DNA from: Alphaproteobacteria bacterium
GTDB taxonomy: Bacteria; Pseudomonadota; Alphaproteobacteria; UBA6615
Assembly (NCBI GenBank): GCA_965261975.1
Contig: CBDHEC010000056.1
Location: forward strand, 105,572 to 169,571
Length of the DNA stretch: 64,000 bases
Reading direction: 5' to 3'
Shown: positions 1 to 9,341 of the stretch, one piece after another
Numbering within the stretch: the stretch's first letter is position 1
How the letters are laid out: the number at the start of each line of letters is the position of its first letter
Translations under genes and position numbers: made by a program
The notes under the pieces: model-generated
What the model was told of the DNA's origin: nothing
Seen by the model: the letters and a program-made list of their open reading frames with translations, nothing else
Database searches by the model: none

Positions 1-45
1 TATCCAGAGTAGGTCGTATTCGAGCTCCCACCAACCCAAATTCCT

Positions 46-156
46 CTAGCGAAAAGTGCTGCATCGGGCGTCGGCTGCGAGCGTCTCAGCCAATTCGATA
101 CCGGACACGAGGGCGCCGAAGGGGCCGTCTGGCGGATCGACGGAGAGCTTGCTCAT
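46..156 (-). pseudogene. Possible N-terminal stub of a TauD/TfdA-like dioxygenase (36 aa)
   Basis: Manual translation MSKLSVDPPDGPFGALVSGIELAETLAADAR..., resembling the TauD N-terminus (GAxVxGxDL). It stops at TAG as the sequence becomes less GC-rich. Confidence 0.3.
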
Positions 157-290
157 ACACCGATACTAACACCGACAGACACCGCCGGTTCGCCCCCCGA
201 ACTTCAACCTGTCGCCGGGCGTTTCCCTGTGTGGGGTGGTCGCGGTAGTCTGGTGCCAACAAACAAGATTACCTCCCGGGAGTAAAGTTG

Positions 291-1661
291 ATGGCGCGCA
301 CATTGATCAAGGGCGGCTGGGTCGTGTCGATGGACGATGCGATCGGCGATATTCGCGGCGGCGACGTGCTGATCGAGGACGACCGGATCGTCGAGGTCGG
401 CCGCAACATCGACGCCGGCGATGCGGAAGTGATCGACGCGTCCAACATGATCGTCAGCCCCGGCATCGTGAATGCGCACGAGCACACCTGGCAGACCGGG
501 GTGCGCGGGGTCGTCGCCGACTGGACGATGTTCGAATACTCCACCCTGATGCACGCGACGTCGGTGCCTCACTTCACGCCCGACGACATCCGCCTGGCGA
601 ACCTCTGCGGCGCGCTGAACCAGATCAACTGCGGCAGCACCACGCTGTTCGACTGGCATCACTGCAACGCCACGACGGATCACACGGACGCCGCGATCGA
701 CGCGCTGGAGGAATCGGGCATCCGCGCCGTCTATGGTCATGGCCAGACCAAGACCGCGTCCAAGCCCGGTGAGCCGCCGTTCAACGAGACCCCGCACTCG
801 CGCGAACGGGTCGAGCGGCTCCGCAAGGGGCGGCTCGCTTCGGACGACGGGCTGATCACCATGGCCATATGCATCCAGGGGATGGGTTTCTCGGTCTGGG
901 AATGCTTCGAGCACGACGTTCGTCTGGCCCGGGACATGGGCCTCTACTGGTCGAACCACACGGGTGCACAGGGAATTCCGCTGTTCTCCGAGGGTTCGGT
1001 GCACAAGCTGAATGATCTCGGCCTGCTCGGTCCGGATGCCGACTTCGTCCATGCGACCAACCTGACCGACGACGAGATGAAGATGATCATCGATGCCGGC
1101 GGCTCGATCACCGTCGCGGCCGAGTGCGAGAGCAACTTCGGCCATGGCAACCCGGTGACCGGCCGGGTGCTCGGTTTCGGCGGTACGCCGGCCTTCGGGG
1201 TGGATCTGCAGTCGAACGTCTCCGGCGACATGTTCTCGGTCGTGCGTTATGCGCTGCAGTTCGAGCGAGCCATGTACACGGACGATCGGCCGCGCCCGAC
1301 CAAGGCGATGCCCGAGCATCTGAAAACGCGTGTCGCGCTTGAATGGGCGACGATCGACAACGCCCGGGCGCTCGGGCTTGACGACCGGATCGGCTCGCTG
1401 ACGCCCGGCAAGCAGGCGGACGTGATCCTCGTGCGTGGCGACGACCTCAACACCTGCCCGGTGCATGACCCGGTCCAGACGCTGATCTTCATGGCCACGC
1501 CGTCGAACGTGGACACGGTCTTCGTCAACGGCGAGGTGAAGAAACGCGACGGCAAGCTGGTCTACCCGGAAGCCGCGCTGCGTGAGACCCTGGGCAAGCT
1601 CGCCGAGTCCGGCCGCCGTATCCTCGATGCCGCCGGTGTGATGCAAGCGGCGGCGGAATAG
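291..1661 (+). CDS. Amidohydrolase family protein (chlorohydrolase/deaminase-like)
   Basis: TLIKGGWVVSMD N-terminus, PGIVNAHEH metal-binding HxH, VHAT, GVD, C-terminal GSLTPGKQAD; GGAG RBS upstream. Confidence 0.88.
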   Translation: MARTLIKGGWVVSMDDAIGDIRGGDVLIEDDRIVEVGRNIDAGDAEVIDASNMIVSPGIVNAHEHTWQTGVRGVVADWTMFEYSTLMHATSVPHFTPDDIRLANLCGALNQINCGSTTLFDWHHCNATTDHTDAAIDALEESGIRAVYGHGQTKTASKPGEPPFNETPHSRERVERLRKGRLASDDGLITMAICIQGMGFSVWECFEHDVRLARDMGLYWSNHTGAQGIPLFSEGSVHKLNDLGLLGPDADFVHATNLTDDEMKMIIDAGGSITVAAECESNFGHGNPVTGRVLGFGGTPAFGVDLQSNVSGDMFSVVRYALQFERAMYTDDRPRPTKAMPEHLKTRVALEWATIDNARALGLDDRIGSLTPGKQADVILVRGDDLNTCPVHDPVQTLIFMATPSNVDTVFVNGEVKKRDGKLVYPEAALRETLGKLAESGRRILDAAGVMQAAAE

Positions 1662-1684
1662 GTGCGGGGCAGGGTCGAAACATC

Positions 1685-2851
1685 GTGACCGCCAACCGAT
1701 GGATGGTGCTTGGTGCGCTTTTCCTGGCGCGCTCGGCGCTGGGCTATCACTTCCAGTCCGTCGCGTCGGTCTCGCCGCTGCTGGTCGAGGACCTTGGTAT
1801 CGACTTCACCGCAGTTGGTACCCTGATCGGTCTTTTCAGCCTGCTCGGGGTTCTGACGGCCCTGCCGTCGGGCTTCCTCGCCCAGCGCTTTGGCGAGCGC
1901 CGGGTATGCCTGTCCGGCCTCGCGATGATGACGGCGGGCGGCTTCGTGATGTGGCTGGGCGACGACTTCGCCACGATCAGTGTCGGCCGGATGATCGCCG
2001 GCACCGGTGGGGTGGTGATCACGGTCGTCATGGTGAAGATCGTCGGCGACTTGTTCGAAGGTAAGGAAGTGGTCACCGCCATGGCCATCCTGATGAACAG
2101 CTGGCCGGTGGGTATCGCCATCGGCCTCTACACCCAGGGCGCCATGGCCGAAGCCTGGGGCTGGCAGGCGGTTTTCCTGACGGCGGGTATCGGCTCTCTC
2201 GTCGGCATGTTGCTGGTCGCCATCCTGTACCGGCCGGCGGCACGTAACGTCTCGCGGCCTCTGCAGCGCCTGGCGATCACCCGGGCCGAGGCCACCAGGG
2301 TCTCGCTCGCGGGGATCGTCTGGGTGCTCTACAACGCCGGTTACCTGATGGTGCTGTCCTTCGGGCCCGCCATGCTGGTGTTGCGCGGCATGGATGTCGT
2401 GGCGGCGGGCCTGCTGCTTGCCAACGCCACCTTTGTCTACATGTTCGCGATTCCGCTGGGGGGCTGGGTATCCGAGAAGCTGGCACGGCCGAACCTGGTC
2501 ATGGTGGCCTGCTTTGCGCTCGGGGCGTTGATGGTCGCCCTCGTGCCCCTCGTCGACGCACCTCTGCTGCTGTTCATCATGGCGGCGATCTTCATCGGCA
2601 TACCCACCGGCAACGTGATGGCGCTGACCGTCGAGACGGTACGGGCCGAGCACCGCAACACGGGCACCGGCCTGTATCACACCTGGAACCATGCGGGCCT
2701 GTTCGTCGGGCCGGCGCTCGCGGGTTGGATCGTCACCCGGACCGGTGACCCGGCGACGGCCATGTTCTTTGGTGGCGTGACAATGGTCCTCGCCATCGTC
2801 GCGCTGGGGGCGCTGCGGTTCTTGCAATGGCGCGAAGCCCGTGCCGTCTGA
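1685..2851 (+). CDS. MFS transporter
   Basis: About 12 hydrophobic segments; MFS motif-A-like GFLAQRFGERR; overlaps the next gene. Confidence 0.85.
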   Translation: MTANRWMVLGALFLARSALGYHFQSVASVSPLLVEDLGIDFTAVGTLIGLFSLLGVLTALPSGFLAQRFGERRVCLSGLAMMTAGGFVMWLGDDFATISVGRMIAGTGGVVITVVMVKIVGDLFEGKEVVTAMAILMNSWPVGIAIGLYTQGAMAEAWGWQAVFLTAGIGSLVGMLLVAILYRPAARNVSRPLQRLAITRAEATRVSLAGIVWVLYNAGYLMVLSFGPAMLVLRGMDVVAAGLLLANATFVYMFAIPLGGWVSEKLARPNLVMVACFALGALMVALVPLVDAPLLLFIMAAIFIGIPTGNVMALTVETVRAEHRNTGTGLYHTWNHAGLFVGPALAGWIVTRTGDPATAMFFGGVTMVLAIVALGALRFLQWREARAV

Positions 2852-3527
2852 ACCGAGCCTCGGTGTCGTCATTCCCGCGTTGAATGTGGGGGCGGGCCTC
2901 GCGCGTACGCTCGAAGGCCTGGCGGCGGCGCGGGACATCTTCGATCTGGACATCCTGGTGGTGGATGGCGGCTCCGATGACGACACGGTCGCGGTGGCCA
3001 AATCTCTGGGCGCGCGGGTGATCGAGGCGCCGAGAGGCCGCGGCACCCAGCTGGCCGCCGGGGCCGACCAGGTGCGTGGCGACTGGCTGTTGTTCCTGCA
3101 TGCCGACACGGTTCTCGGGGCGGGCTGGGCGGTCGAGCTGGCGGCGTTCATGATCGCCGAGCGCCACCGCGCCGCCTATTTCCGCTTCCGGCTCGACGAT
3201 GATGCGCCCGGCGCGCGACGGATCGAGCGGCTGGTGGCGTGGCGTTGCCGGGTGCTGGGCCTGCCCTATGGCGATCAGGGCCTGGCGATCCCGCGCGATC
3301 TCTACACGGCGTTCGGCGGCTATCCCGACCAACCGCTGATGGAGGATGTCTATCTTGCGCGTAGGATGGGCCGCAGCCGGCTGGCGGGGCTGGAAACGGC
3401 GGCGTTGACGTCCGCCGTGCGTTATCGCGAAGGTGGCTACTGGCGCCGCCCATCGCGGAACCTGTTCTGCCTGTTTCTGTATCTCATGGGCATGCCGGCG
3501 CGGATGATTGACCAGATCTACAGATGA
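2841..3527 (+). CDS. GT2 glycosyltransferase, TIGR04283-like (rSAM/selenodomain-associated, arsenosugar-type)
   Basis: VVIPALN, VVDGGSDD, GRGTQL, FLHADT, PYGDQG, PLMEDV, TSAVRY motifs. Confidence 0.88.
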   Translation: MPSEPSLGVVIPALNVGAGLARTLEGLAAARDIFDLDILVVDGGSDDDTVAVAKSLGARVIEAPRGRGTQLAAGADQVRGDWLLFLHADTVLGAGWAVELAAFMIAERHRAAYFRFRLDDDAPGARRIERLVAWRCRVLGLPYGDQGLAIPRDLYTAFGGYPDQPLMEDVYLARRMGRSRLAGLETAALTSAVRYREGGYWRRPSRNLFCLFLYLMGMPARMIDQIYR

Positions 3528-4132
3528 AGCCCCATCTCGTCATCTTTGCCCGCGCGCCCCGGCGCGGCGCGGTCAAGCGGCGGCTGGCCGCGGATATCGG
3601 GGATGGTCCCGCGCTCGCCTTCTATCGCCGGACCCTGCATGACGTGACGCGGCGGCTGGGCAGCGATCCGCGCTGGCGTACCTGGCTGGCGGTCACGCCG
3701 GATGGAGATGCCCTGCGGCCAGGCCTTTGGCCAGCCGTGCCCGGGGTCGGATTGATCCCGCAGGGCCAGGGTGATCTGGGTGCACGCATGGCCCGGCCGA
3801 TGACGATGCTCCCCCCGGGCCCGGTGATCGTCGTCGGCACGGACATCCCCGACATTTCGGCAGACCATATCGCCGACGGGTTTGCGGCACTCGGCAACCA
3901 TGAGTTTGTCTTCGGTCCGGCAGCCGATGGCGGTTACTGGTTGGTCGGCGCACGCCGGCGCCCGGCGATGTCCGGAAGGATATTCCGCGACGTCCGCTGG
4001 AGCACCGAGCATGCCCTGGCCGATACCCTCGCGGGTCTGCCGGGGAAGGCCCGCGTGGCGATGCTGGATGAGCTCGATGATGTGGACGATGGCGCGGCCT
4101 GGGCCGCGTGGCGTGCACGCCGCCGCCCGTGA
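3524..4132 (+). CDS. DUF2064/TIGR04282-like transferase (GT-A/CofC-like fold)
   Basis: IFARAP..G.VKRRLA, QGQGDLGARM, VGTDIP, FGPAADGGYWLVG, VRWST, LDDVDD; ATGA overlap with the upstream gene. Confidence 0.88.
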   Translation: MKPHLVIFARAPRRGAVKRRLAADIGDGPALAFYRRTLHDVTRRLGSDPRWRTWLAVTPDGDALRPGLWPAVPGVGLIPQGQGDLGARMARPMTMLPPGPVIVVGTDIPDISADHIADGFAALGNHEFVFGPAADGGYWLVGARRRPAMSGRIFRDVRWSTEHALADTLAGLPGKARVAMLDELDDVDDGAAWAAWRARRRP

Positions 4133-4222
4133 CGAAATAGTTGTCAACAAACCGTGACGTGACTTCCGGTCTGTTCCGTACGACATGGTGACCGCTACAA
4201 TCGCGGTCCCAGCGGGGAAAGC

Positions 4223-5263
4223 ATGGAATCGATCTACTACGTCATCTCGTGGCTCTGCCACCGGCGCTGTGCGCATTGCTACGACACGCGCTTTCGCCCC
4301 TATGTGCGCGATGAACGCGACGCCGTGGTGGGCGAGGCGGTGACGAACCATGCGAAGATCGTGGCCAATCTGCCCGACCGCATGACCTATCGCGAAAGCG
4401 ATGACGGCCCGGAGAAACCGGGGCGTGTCATCCTGTCAGGGGGCGAGGTGCTGCTCGACGAGATTCGCGAGCCGGTGCTCTATCCGGTGATGGACATGCT
4501 GCGCGAGAAGTACGCCGACGCGGGCGGGGTGCGGGTGGTGGTGCAGACGACCGGCGATCTGGTCACCGCGGAAATTCTCGACGAGCTGCTGGCCCACGGC
4601 CTGTGGCAACTCTCGATCACGGGTATGGACGATTTCCATGTTGGCCATGAAGGCGACAAGCGCGTGCCCCTGATGGAACATCTGACGGGTCTGGTCGAGG
4701 CGGCGGGCTTGTTGCCGACGGGTCGGCGCCATGACGGCACCGACGGGCGGGGTAGCGAGACGCCTGTCTATTCCTTCATGGGGGCGAACCCGGAAGAGTG
4801 GATCGGGCCGATCTGGCCGCGCGGGCGGGCCTGGGAGAACGAACTCTCAAGCGCGACCCTCGACGATAATTTCTGCAACCGCTGGTCGGGCGGGCTCAAC
4901 TTCATGAACCATGGAAAGATCGGTTCCGAGGTGTCGATCGAGCCCAACGGCAATGTCTATCCCTGCTGCCTCAAGACCAAGGCGCCGCTCGGCAACCTCA
5001 CCGAGGAACCGCTCACGGAGATTCTGGACAGCCTCGTCGGCCACCCGGCGTTCGAGGCGCTCAATGACGGCGCGCCGGAACGCATGGGCCTGGCCTTTGG
5101 CTGGGACGAGGACACCTTCCGCAAGAACAGCGAAACCAAGACGCCTTCGGGCGAGACCTACCGCAACCTTTGTATCGGCTGCGATCGGTTCCACGATCAG
5201 GTACTTGGCCCGCTCATCGAAGGCCTGCGCCAGGCGCGTCTGAGCCGGCGGACGGCCGCATGA
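4223..5263 (+). CDS. Radical SAM protein with SPASM/twitch-like domain
   Basis: C12-x3-C16-x2-C19 (CHRRCAHC), LSGGE motif, C-terminal FCNRW...IEPNGNVYPCC...LGNL...CIGC. Confidence 0.88.
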   Translation: MESIYYVISWLCHRRCAHCYDTRFRPYVRDERDAVVGEAVTNHAKIVANLPDRMTYRESDDGPEKPGRVILSGGEVLLDEIREPVLYPVMDMLREKYADAGGVRVVVQTTGDLVTAEILDELLAHGLWQLSITGMDDFHVGHEGDKRVPLMEHLTGLVEAAGLLPTGRRHDGTDGRGSETPVYSFMGANPEEWIGPIWPRGRAWENELSSATLDDNFCNRWSGGLNFMNHGKIGSEVSIEPNGNVYPCCLKTKAPLGNLTEEPLTEILDSLVGHPAFEALNDGAPERMGLAFGWDEDTFRKNSETKTPSGETYRNLCIGCDRFHDQVLGPLIEGLRQARLSRRTAA

Positions 5264-6336
5264 GCCGCCGGATAGAAGGCGTGTGTGGGGCCCTGGCCCA
5301 GCGTCTCGGCGTGCCGGTCACGGATCTACACCCTTTGCCGGATACGGGCCTCGCCCATGATCATGTCCGGATCGGCGATACGGGCACCCTGGCGCGGGTG
5401 CCCAAGCAGAGCCAGCTCGGCCTCGCAGCGGCGGAGAATCTAGATTATCAGGCCGCCTGTTTCGCACGTGCCTCGGCGAGCGGGCATGTGCCCCATCTGC
5501 ATGAAAAGTTATCGCCCGACGGCGCACTGCCCATGGGCGCATTGATCGTCGATCTGATCGACGGACGGCCGCTGTCTCTGCCGGGCGATTTGGCGGCGAT
5601 GGCCGAATGCCTGGCGGCGATCCATGGGATGCCCCTACCGGAAGTGGATGGCCGCGCGCCGTTGAAGGATCCGGTCGATCCGATGGCCGATACGTTCACG
5701 GAAATCATGACCCAGGCGGCTTATGTCGCGGCGGCGGAACTGCACCCGGATGCCGAATCCCAGATTCGCGAGGAGTTGCAGGTGGCCGGCGCGACCCTGG
5801 CCCGCGACGCCCGCCCGCCCCGGACGCTCATCGCGTTCGACGCCCATCCGGGAAACTACCTGATGACGTCGGGGGAGCTGGGGGATGACCGCGCGGTTCT
5901 GGTCGATCTGGAGAAGGCGCGGTATGGCGCGGCGGGTTTCGATCTGGCCCACGCCACCCTCTACACCTCGACCACCTGGGACGTGGACAGCCATGCGGTG
6001 CTGGACCGCGGCCAGGTGGATGATTTTCATGGGGCGTGGCTCGACGCTGTGCCCGGAGAACTCGCCACGGCGACCGAACCGTGGCTGCAGCCGCTGCGCC
6101 GCATGATGTGGCTCTGGTCCGTGACCTGGTGTGCCAAATGGCGTGTCGAGTCCCGCGAGACCGTGGCGACCGAACCGAAAGAAAATGAGTCTACCGAGAA
6201 CTGGTCGGCCGAACTCAGCGAAGACGCGCTCGTCGCCCATGTGGCCGGCCGCGTCGCCGATTATCTCGACCCCGACACCATCACCCGCGTTCGCGCCGAC
6301 TGGGCGCCAACGGCACCGGCCGCCGTTGCGGTCTAA
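5260..6336 (+). CDS. APH/choline kinase-like phosphotransferase
   Basis: LAAIH, AFDAHPGNYL (Brenner-like motif), LVDLEK, GFDLA; ATGA overlap with the rSAM stop. Confidence 0.78.
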   Translation: MSRRIEGVCGALAQRLGVPVTDLHPLPDTGLAHDHVRIGDTGTLARVPKQSQLGLAAAENLDYQAACFARASASGHVPHLHEKLSPDGALPMGALIVDLIDGRPLSLPGDLAAMAECLAAIHGMPLPEVDGRAPLKDPVDPMADTFTEIMTQAAYVAAAELHPDAESQIREELQVAGATLARDARPPRTLIAFDAHPGNYLMTSGELGDDRAVLVDLEKARYGAAGFDLAHATLYTSTTWDVDSHAVLDRGQVDDFHGAWLDAVPGELATATEPWLQPLRRMMWLWSVTWCAKWRVESRETVATEPKENESTENWSAELSEDALVAHVAGRVADYLDPDTITRVRADWAPTAPAAVAV

Positions 6337-6358
6337 CCAACATGAAAGAGGACCACAG

Positions 6359-7561
6359 ATGCGTATCCTGACAGCGGCATTGGCCGGTTTCCTGGCGCTC
6401 GCGCCGCTCACCGCAAGCTCGGCGATGGCCCAGAGCTGGAACGAGGTGGTCGACAAGGCGCGCGGGCAGCTCGTGTTCTGGAACGCCTGGGGCGGCGATG
6501 AACGTATCAACGCCTACATTGCCTGGGCGGGTGACCAGGTGCAGGCCCGCTACGGCGTGACGGTGCAGCATGTGAAGCTCGCCGATACGGCCGAGGCGGT
6601 AGCCCGGGTCGTGGCGGAGAAGGCCGCTGGCCGCAATGACGGCGGTTCGGTCGATCTCATCTGGATCAATGGCGAGAATTTCGCGGCGATGAAGCGAAAC
6701 AACCTGCTGTTCGGCCCGTGGACGCAGAATGCGCCGAACTATCGTTTCGTCGATACGGAGAACAAGAAGACCACGACCGTGGACTTCACGGTGCCGGTAG
6801 ACAATTTGGAGGCGCCCTGGGGCATGGCGCAGTTCGTGTTCATGCACGACACGGCGAATGTCGAAACGCCGCCGGACTCCATCCTGGGCCTGCTGGAGTG
6901 GGCGAAAAACAACCCTGGTCGTTTCACCTATCCCCAGCCGCCGAATTTCCTCGGCACCACTTTCCTCAAGCAGGCGCTGATCGAGCTCGTCGTCAGTCCG
7001 TCTGCACTCCAGGCGCCGGCGGCGAATGTGGCCGAGAACACGGCGCCGCTGTGGGCCTATCTCGATGCGCTGCATCCGCTGATGTGGCGGCGCGGCGAGG
7101 TCTATCCGCAGAACGGCCCGGCCCTGCTGCGGCTCCTCGACGATGGCGAAATCTCGATCGCGCTGTCGTTCGAGCCGGCCGAGGCGTCGGGCCTGATCGC
7201 CCAGGGTAAGCTACCCGACACGGTACGTACCTTCGTGCTCAACAACGGGACCATCGGCAACACGAATTTCGTTGCCATTCCCTTCAACGCCAACGCCAAG
7301 GAAGGGGCGATGGTGATGGCCAACTTCCTGATGTCACCCGAGGCCCAGGCCCACAAACAGAATCCTGAAGTGTGGGGCAGCTTCACGGTGCTCGATGTAA
7401 ACCGGCTGCCGGAGGACTCGAAGGCGGCGTTCCAGGATCTCGAGCTCGGGGTCGCGACCCTGTCGCCGGGAGAGCTCGGCATCACCCAGCTGGAGCCGCA
7501 TCCGTCCTGGGTTGCCGCGCTCGAGGCCGAGTGGGCCAAGCGCTACGCCAGCGGGAAATAG
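6359..7561 (+). CDS. ABC transporter substrate-binding protein, YnjB-like
   Basis: Signal peptide; V.WNAWGG, SVDLIWINGENF, GRFTYPQPPNFLGTTFLKQ, GTIGNTNFVAIPFNA, EPHPSW. Confidence 0.88.
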   Translation: MRILTAALAGFLALAPLTASSAMAQSWNEVVDKARGQLVFWNAWGGDERINAYIAWAGDQVQARYGVTVQHVKLADTAEAVARVVAEKAAGRNDGGSVDLIWINGENFAAMKRNNLLFGPWTQNAPNYRFVDTENKKTTTVDFTVPVDNLEAPWGMAQFVFMHDTANVETPPDSILGLLEWAKNNPGRFTYPQPPNFLGTTFLKQALIELVVSPSALQAPAANVAENTAPLWAYLDALHPLMWRRGEVYPQNGPALLRLLDDGEISIALSFEPAEASGLIAQGKLPDTVRTFVLNNGTIGNTNFVAIPFNANAKEGAMVMANFLMSPEAQAHKQNPEVWGSFTVLDVNRLPEDSKAAFQDLELGVATLSPGELGITQLEPHPSWVAALEAEWAKRYASGK

Positions 7562-7566
7562 CCGCG

Positions 7567-9264
7567 ATGGGGGCGTCCTCGCCTTTGCGTTGGGTGCCCG
7601 TGGTGACCCTGCTGTTGCTGCTGGGGCCGGTGGTAGCCGGCCTGCTCGGCACGCTGTTTCCCGCCTTCGGCTATCTGCCCGCGTTGGGCCGCACGACGTT
7701 CAGCCTGGAGCCGTGGCGGGCGCTGTTTGCGGCACCCGGCGTGGCGGAATCGATCCGGCTGTCCTTCGTGACCGGGCTGGCCGTCACGGTCGTATCGTTT
7801 GCCGTGGTCATCCTGTTCGTCGCCGGCTGGCACGGCACGCGTTCCTTCGCGCGGGTCCAGAAGCTGCTCTCGCCGCTGCTTTCGGTACCCCATGTGACCG
7901 TCGCGTTCGGGCTGGCGTTTCTGTTGGCCCCGTCGGGCTGGATCTTCCGCCTGACCTCGCCCTGGCTGACCGGTTATGACCGGCCGCCGGATTTGATTAT
8001 CGTCCAGGACCCGGACGGTCTGGCGCTGATCGCCGGGCTGGTCGTGAAGGAAATCCCGTTTCTTTTTTTGATGACCCTGGCCGCGATCGGGCAGGTGGAT
8101 GCCGCCCGGGTTCGGACCATGGCCCGCACCCTGGGTTACGGCACTATCGCGGCCTGGCTGAAGGCGGTGTTTCCGCTGGTCTATCGCCAGATACGCCTGC
8201 CGGTCTTCGCCGTCCTGGCGTTTGCCGCCTCGGTGGTGGATGTCTCGGTGGTGCTCGCCCCCTCGACCCCGCCGCCGTTCGCCGTTCAGCTGGTGCGCTG
8301 GTTCAATGATCCAGACCTGGCGCTGCGATTCGTGGCGTCGGCGGGGGCGCTGGTTCAGCTCGGCCTCGTGGTCGCGGCGATCTTCGTCTGGTGGCTGGGT
8401 GAACGCGTGGTGGCCTGTCTCGGCCGTGTCTGGATCCGCGCGGGCAGCCGCGGGCGGCGCGATTTCCCACTGCGCGTTGCCGCCGCCACAGCATTGACGG
8501 CGAGTTTCCTGGCGGCGTTCCTCGGTCTGGCAAGCATGGCGCTGTGGTCGATCGCCGGGCGCTGGCGGTTCCCCGATCCGCTGCCGTCGACCCTTTCGCT
8601 CGACGCCTGGACGACCAACGCCGACCGGCTGACAAATGCCACATTGAACACCGCGACCATCGGGATCGCCGCCGCACTGGTGGGGCTGGCGCTTACGGTG
8701 GGTTGTCTGGAGAACGAGGCACGGTTCGGCAAACGCGCCACGAACCGGGCGTTGTGGCTGCTCTATGTGCCATTGCTGGTGCCCCAGATCGCCTTCCTGT
8801 TCGGCACCCAGATCCTGCTGGTGATGAGCGATCTGGACGGCGCCTGGATCGCGGTCGCCTGGGCCCATCTGGTGTTCGTGCTGCCCTATGTCTTTCTGTC
8901 GCTCGCCGATCCCTACCGGGCCTGGGATGCACGTTACGCCCGGGCGGCGTTGTGTCTGGGCGCGTCACCGCTGCGGGTGTTCTGCCGGGTCAAGCTGCCG
9001 ATGCTGTTGCGGCCAATCCTGATCGCCGCCGCCGTCGGGTTCACGGTCTCGATGGGTCAGTATCTGCCGACATTGTTCGCCGGCGCGGGGCGCGTCGACA
9101 CGTTGACCACGGAAGCGGTATCCCTGGCGTCGGGAGCCGACAGGCGCGCCATCGGCGCCTACGCGCTGCTGCAGATGATCCTGCCGTTTATCGCCTTCGG
9201 GCTGGCGGCGGCCGCGCCGGCATGGCTGTTCCGCAACCGGCGCGGCCTGACGGTTACGGCCTGA
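7567..9264 (+). CDS. ABC transporter double-domain permease, YnjC-like
   Basis: Hydrophobic with two permease halves; LLSVPH, KEIPF, QYLPTLFAGAGR, TLTTEAV. Confidence 0.86.
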   Translation: MGASSPLRWVPVVTLLLLLGPVVAGLLGTLFPAFGYLPALGRTTFSLEPWRALFAAPGVAESIRLSFVTGLAVTVVSFAVVILFVAGWHGTRSFARVQKLLSPLLSVPHVTVAFGLAFLLAPSGWIFRLTSPWLTGYDRPPDLIIVQDPDGLALIAGLVVKEIPFLFLMTLAAIGQVDAARVRTMARTLGYGTIAAWLKAVFPLVYRQIRLPVFAVLAFAASVVDVSVVLAPSTPPPFAVQLVRWFNDPDLALRFVASAGALVQLGLVVAAIFVWWLGERVVACLGRVWIRAGSRGRRDFPLRVAAATALTASFLAAFLGLASMALWSIAGRWRFPDPLPSTLSLDAWTTNADRLTNATLNTATIGIAAALVGLALTVGCLENEARFGKRATNRALWLLYVPLLVPQIAFLFGTQILLVMSDLDGAWIAVAWAHLVFVLPYVFLSLADPYRAWDARYARAALCLGASPLRVFCRVKLPMLLRPILIAAAVGFTVSMGQYLPTLFAGAGRVDTLTTEAVSLASGADRRAIGAYALLQMILPFIAFGLAAAAPAWLFRNRRGLTVTA

Positions 9265-9341
9265 TGCTCGTGGCTTGACAGGCTGGCCTCCGAACGGGCC
9301 CACTGCGGCCAACAACAGACGATCATCCCCGGGGAGAAATC

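Noticed and set aside
204-1646. Long antisense ORFs (e.g. 204..1646, 35371..36945, 46309..47490, 55128..57089, 62825..63877)
   Set aside because: Shadow ORFs opposite well-supported genes, expected in high-GC DNA; no motifs.
4133-4222. Possible RiPP precursor or riboswitch upstream of the radical SAM gene
   Set aside because: Only 90 nt, with no credible small ORF with RBS and no recognisable aptamer.
5260-6336. Aminoglycoside resistance gene
   Set aside because: Only the general APH fold is recognisable; the operon context suggests metabolism.
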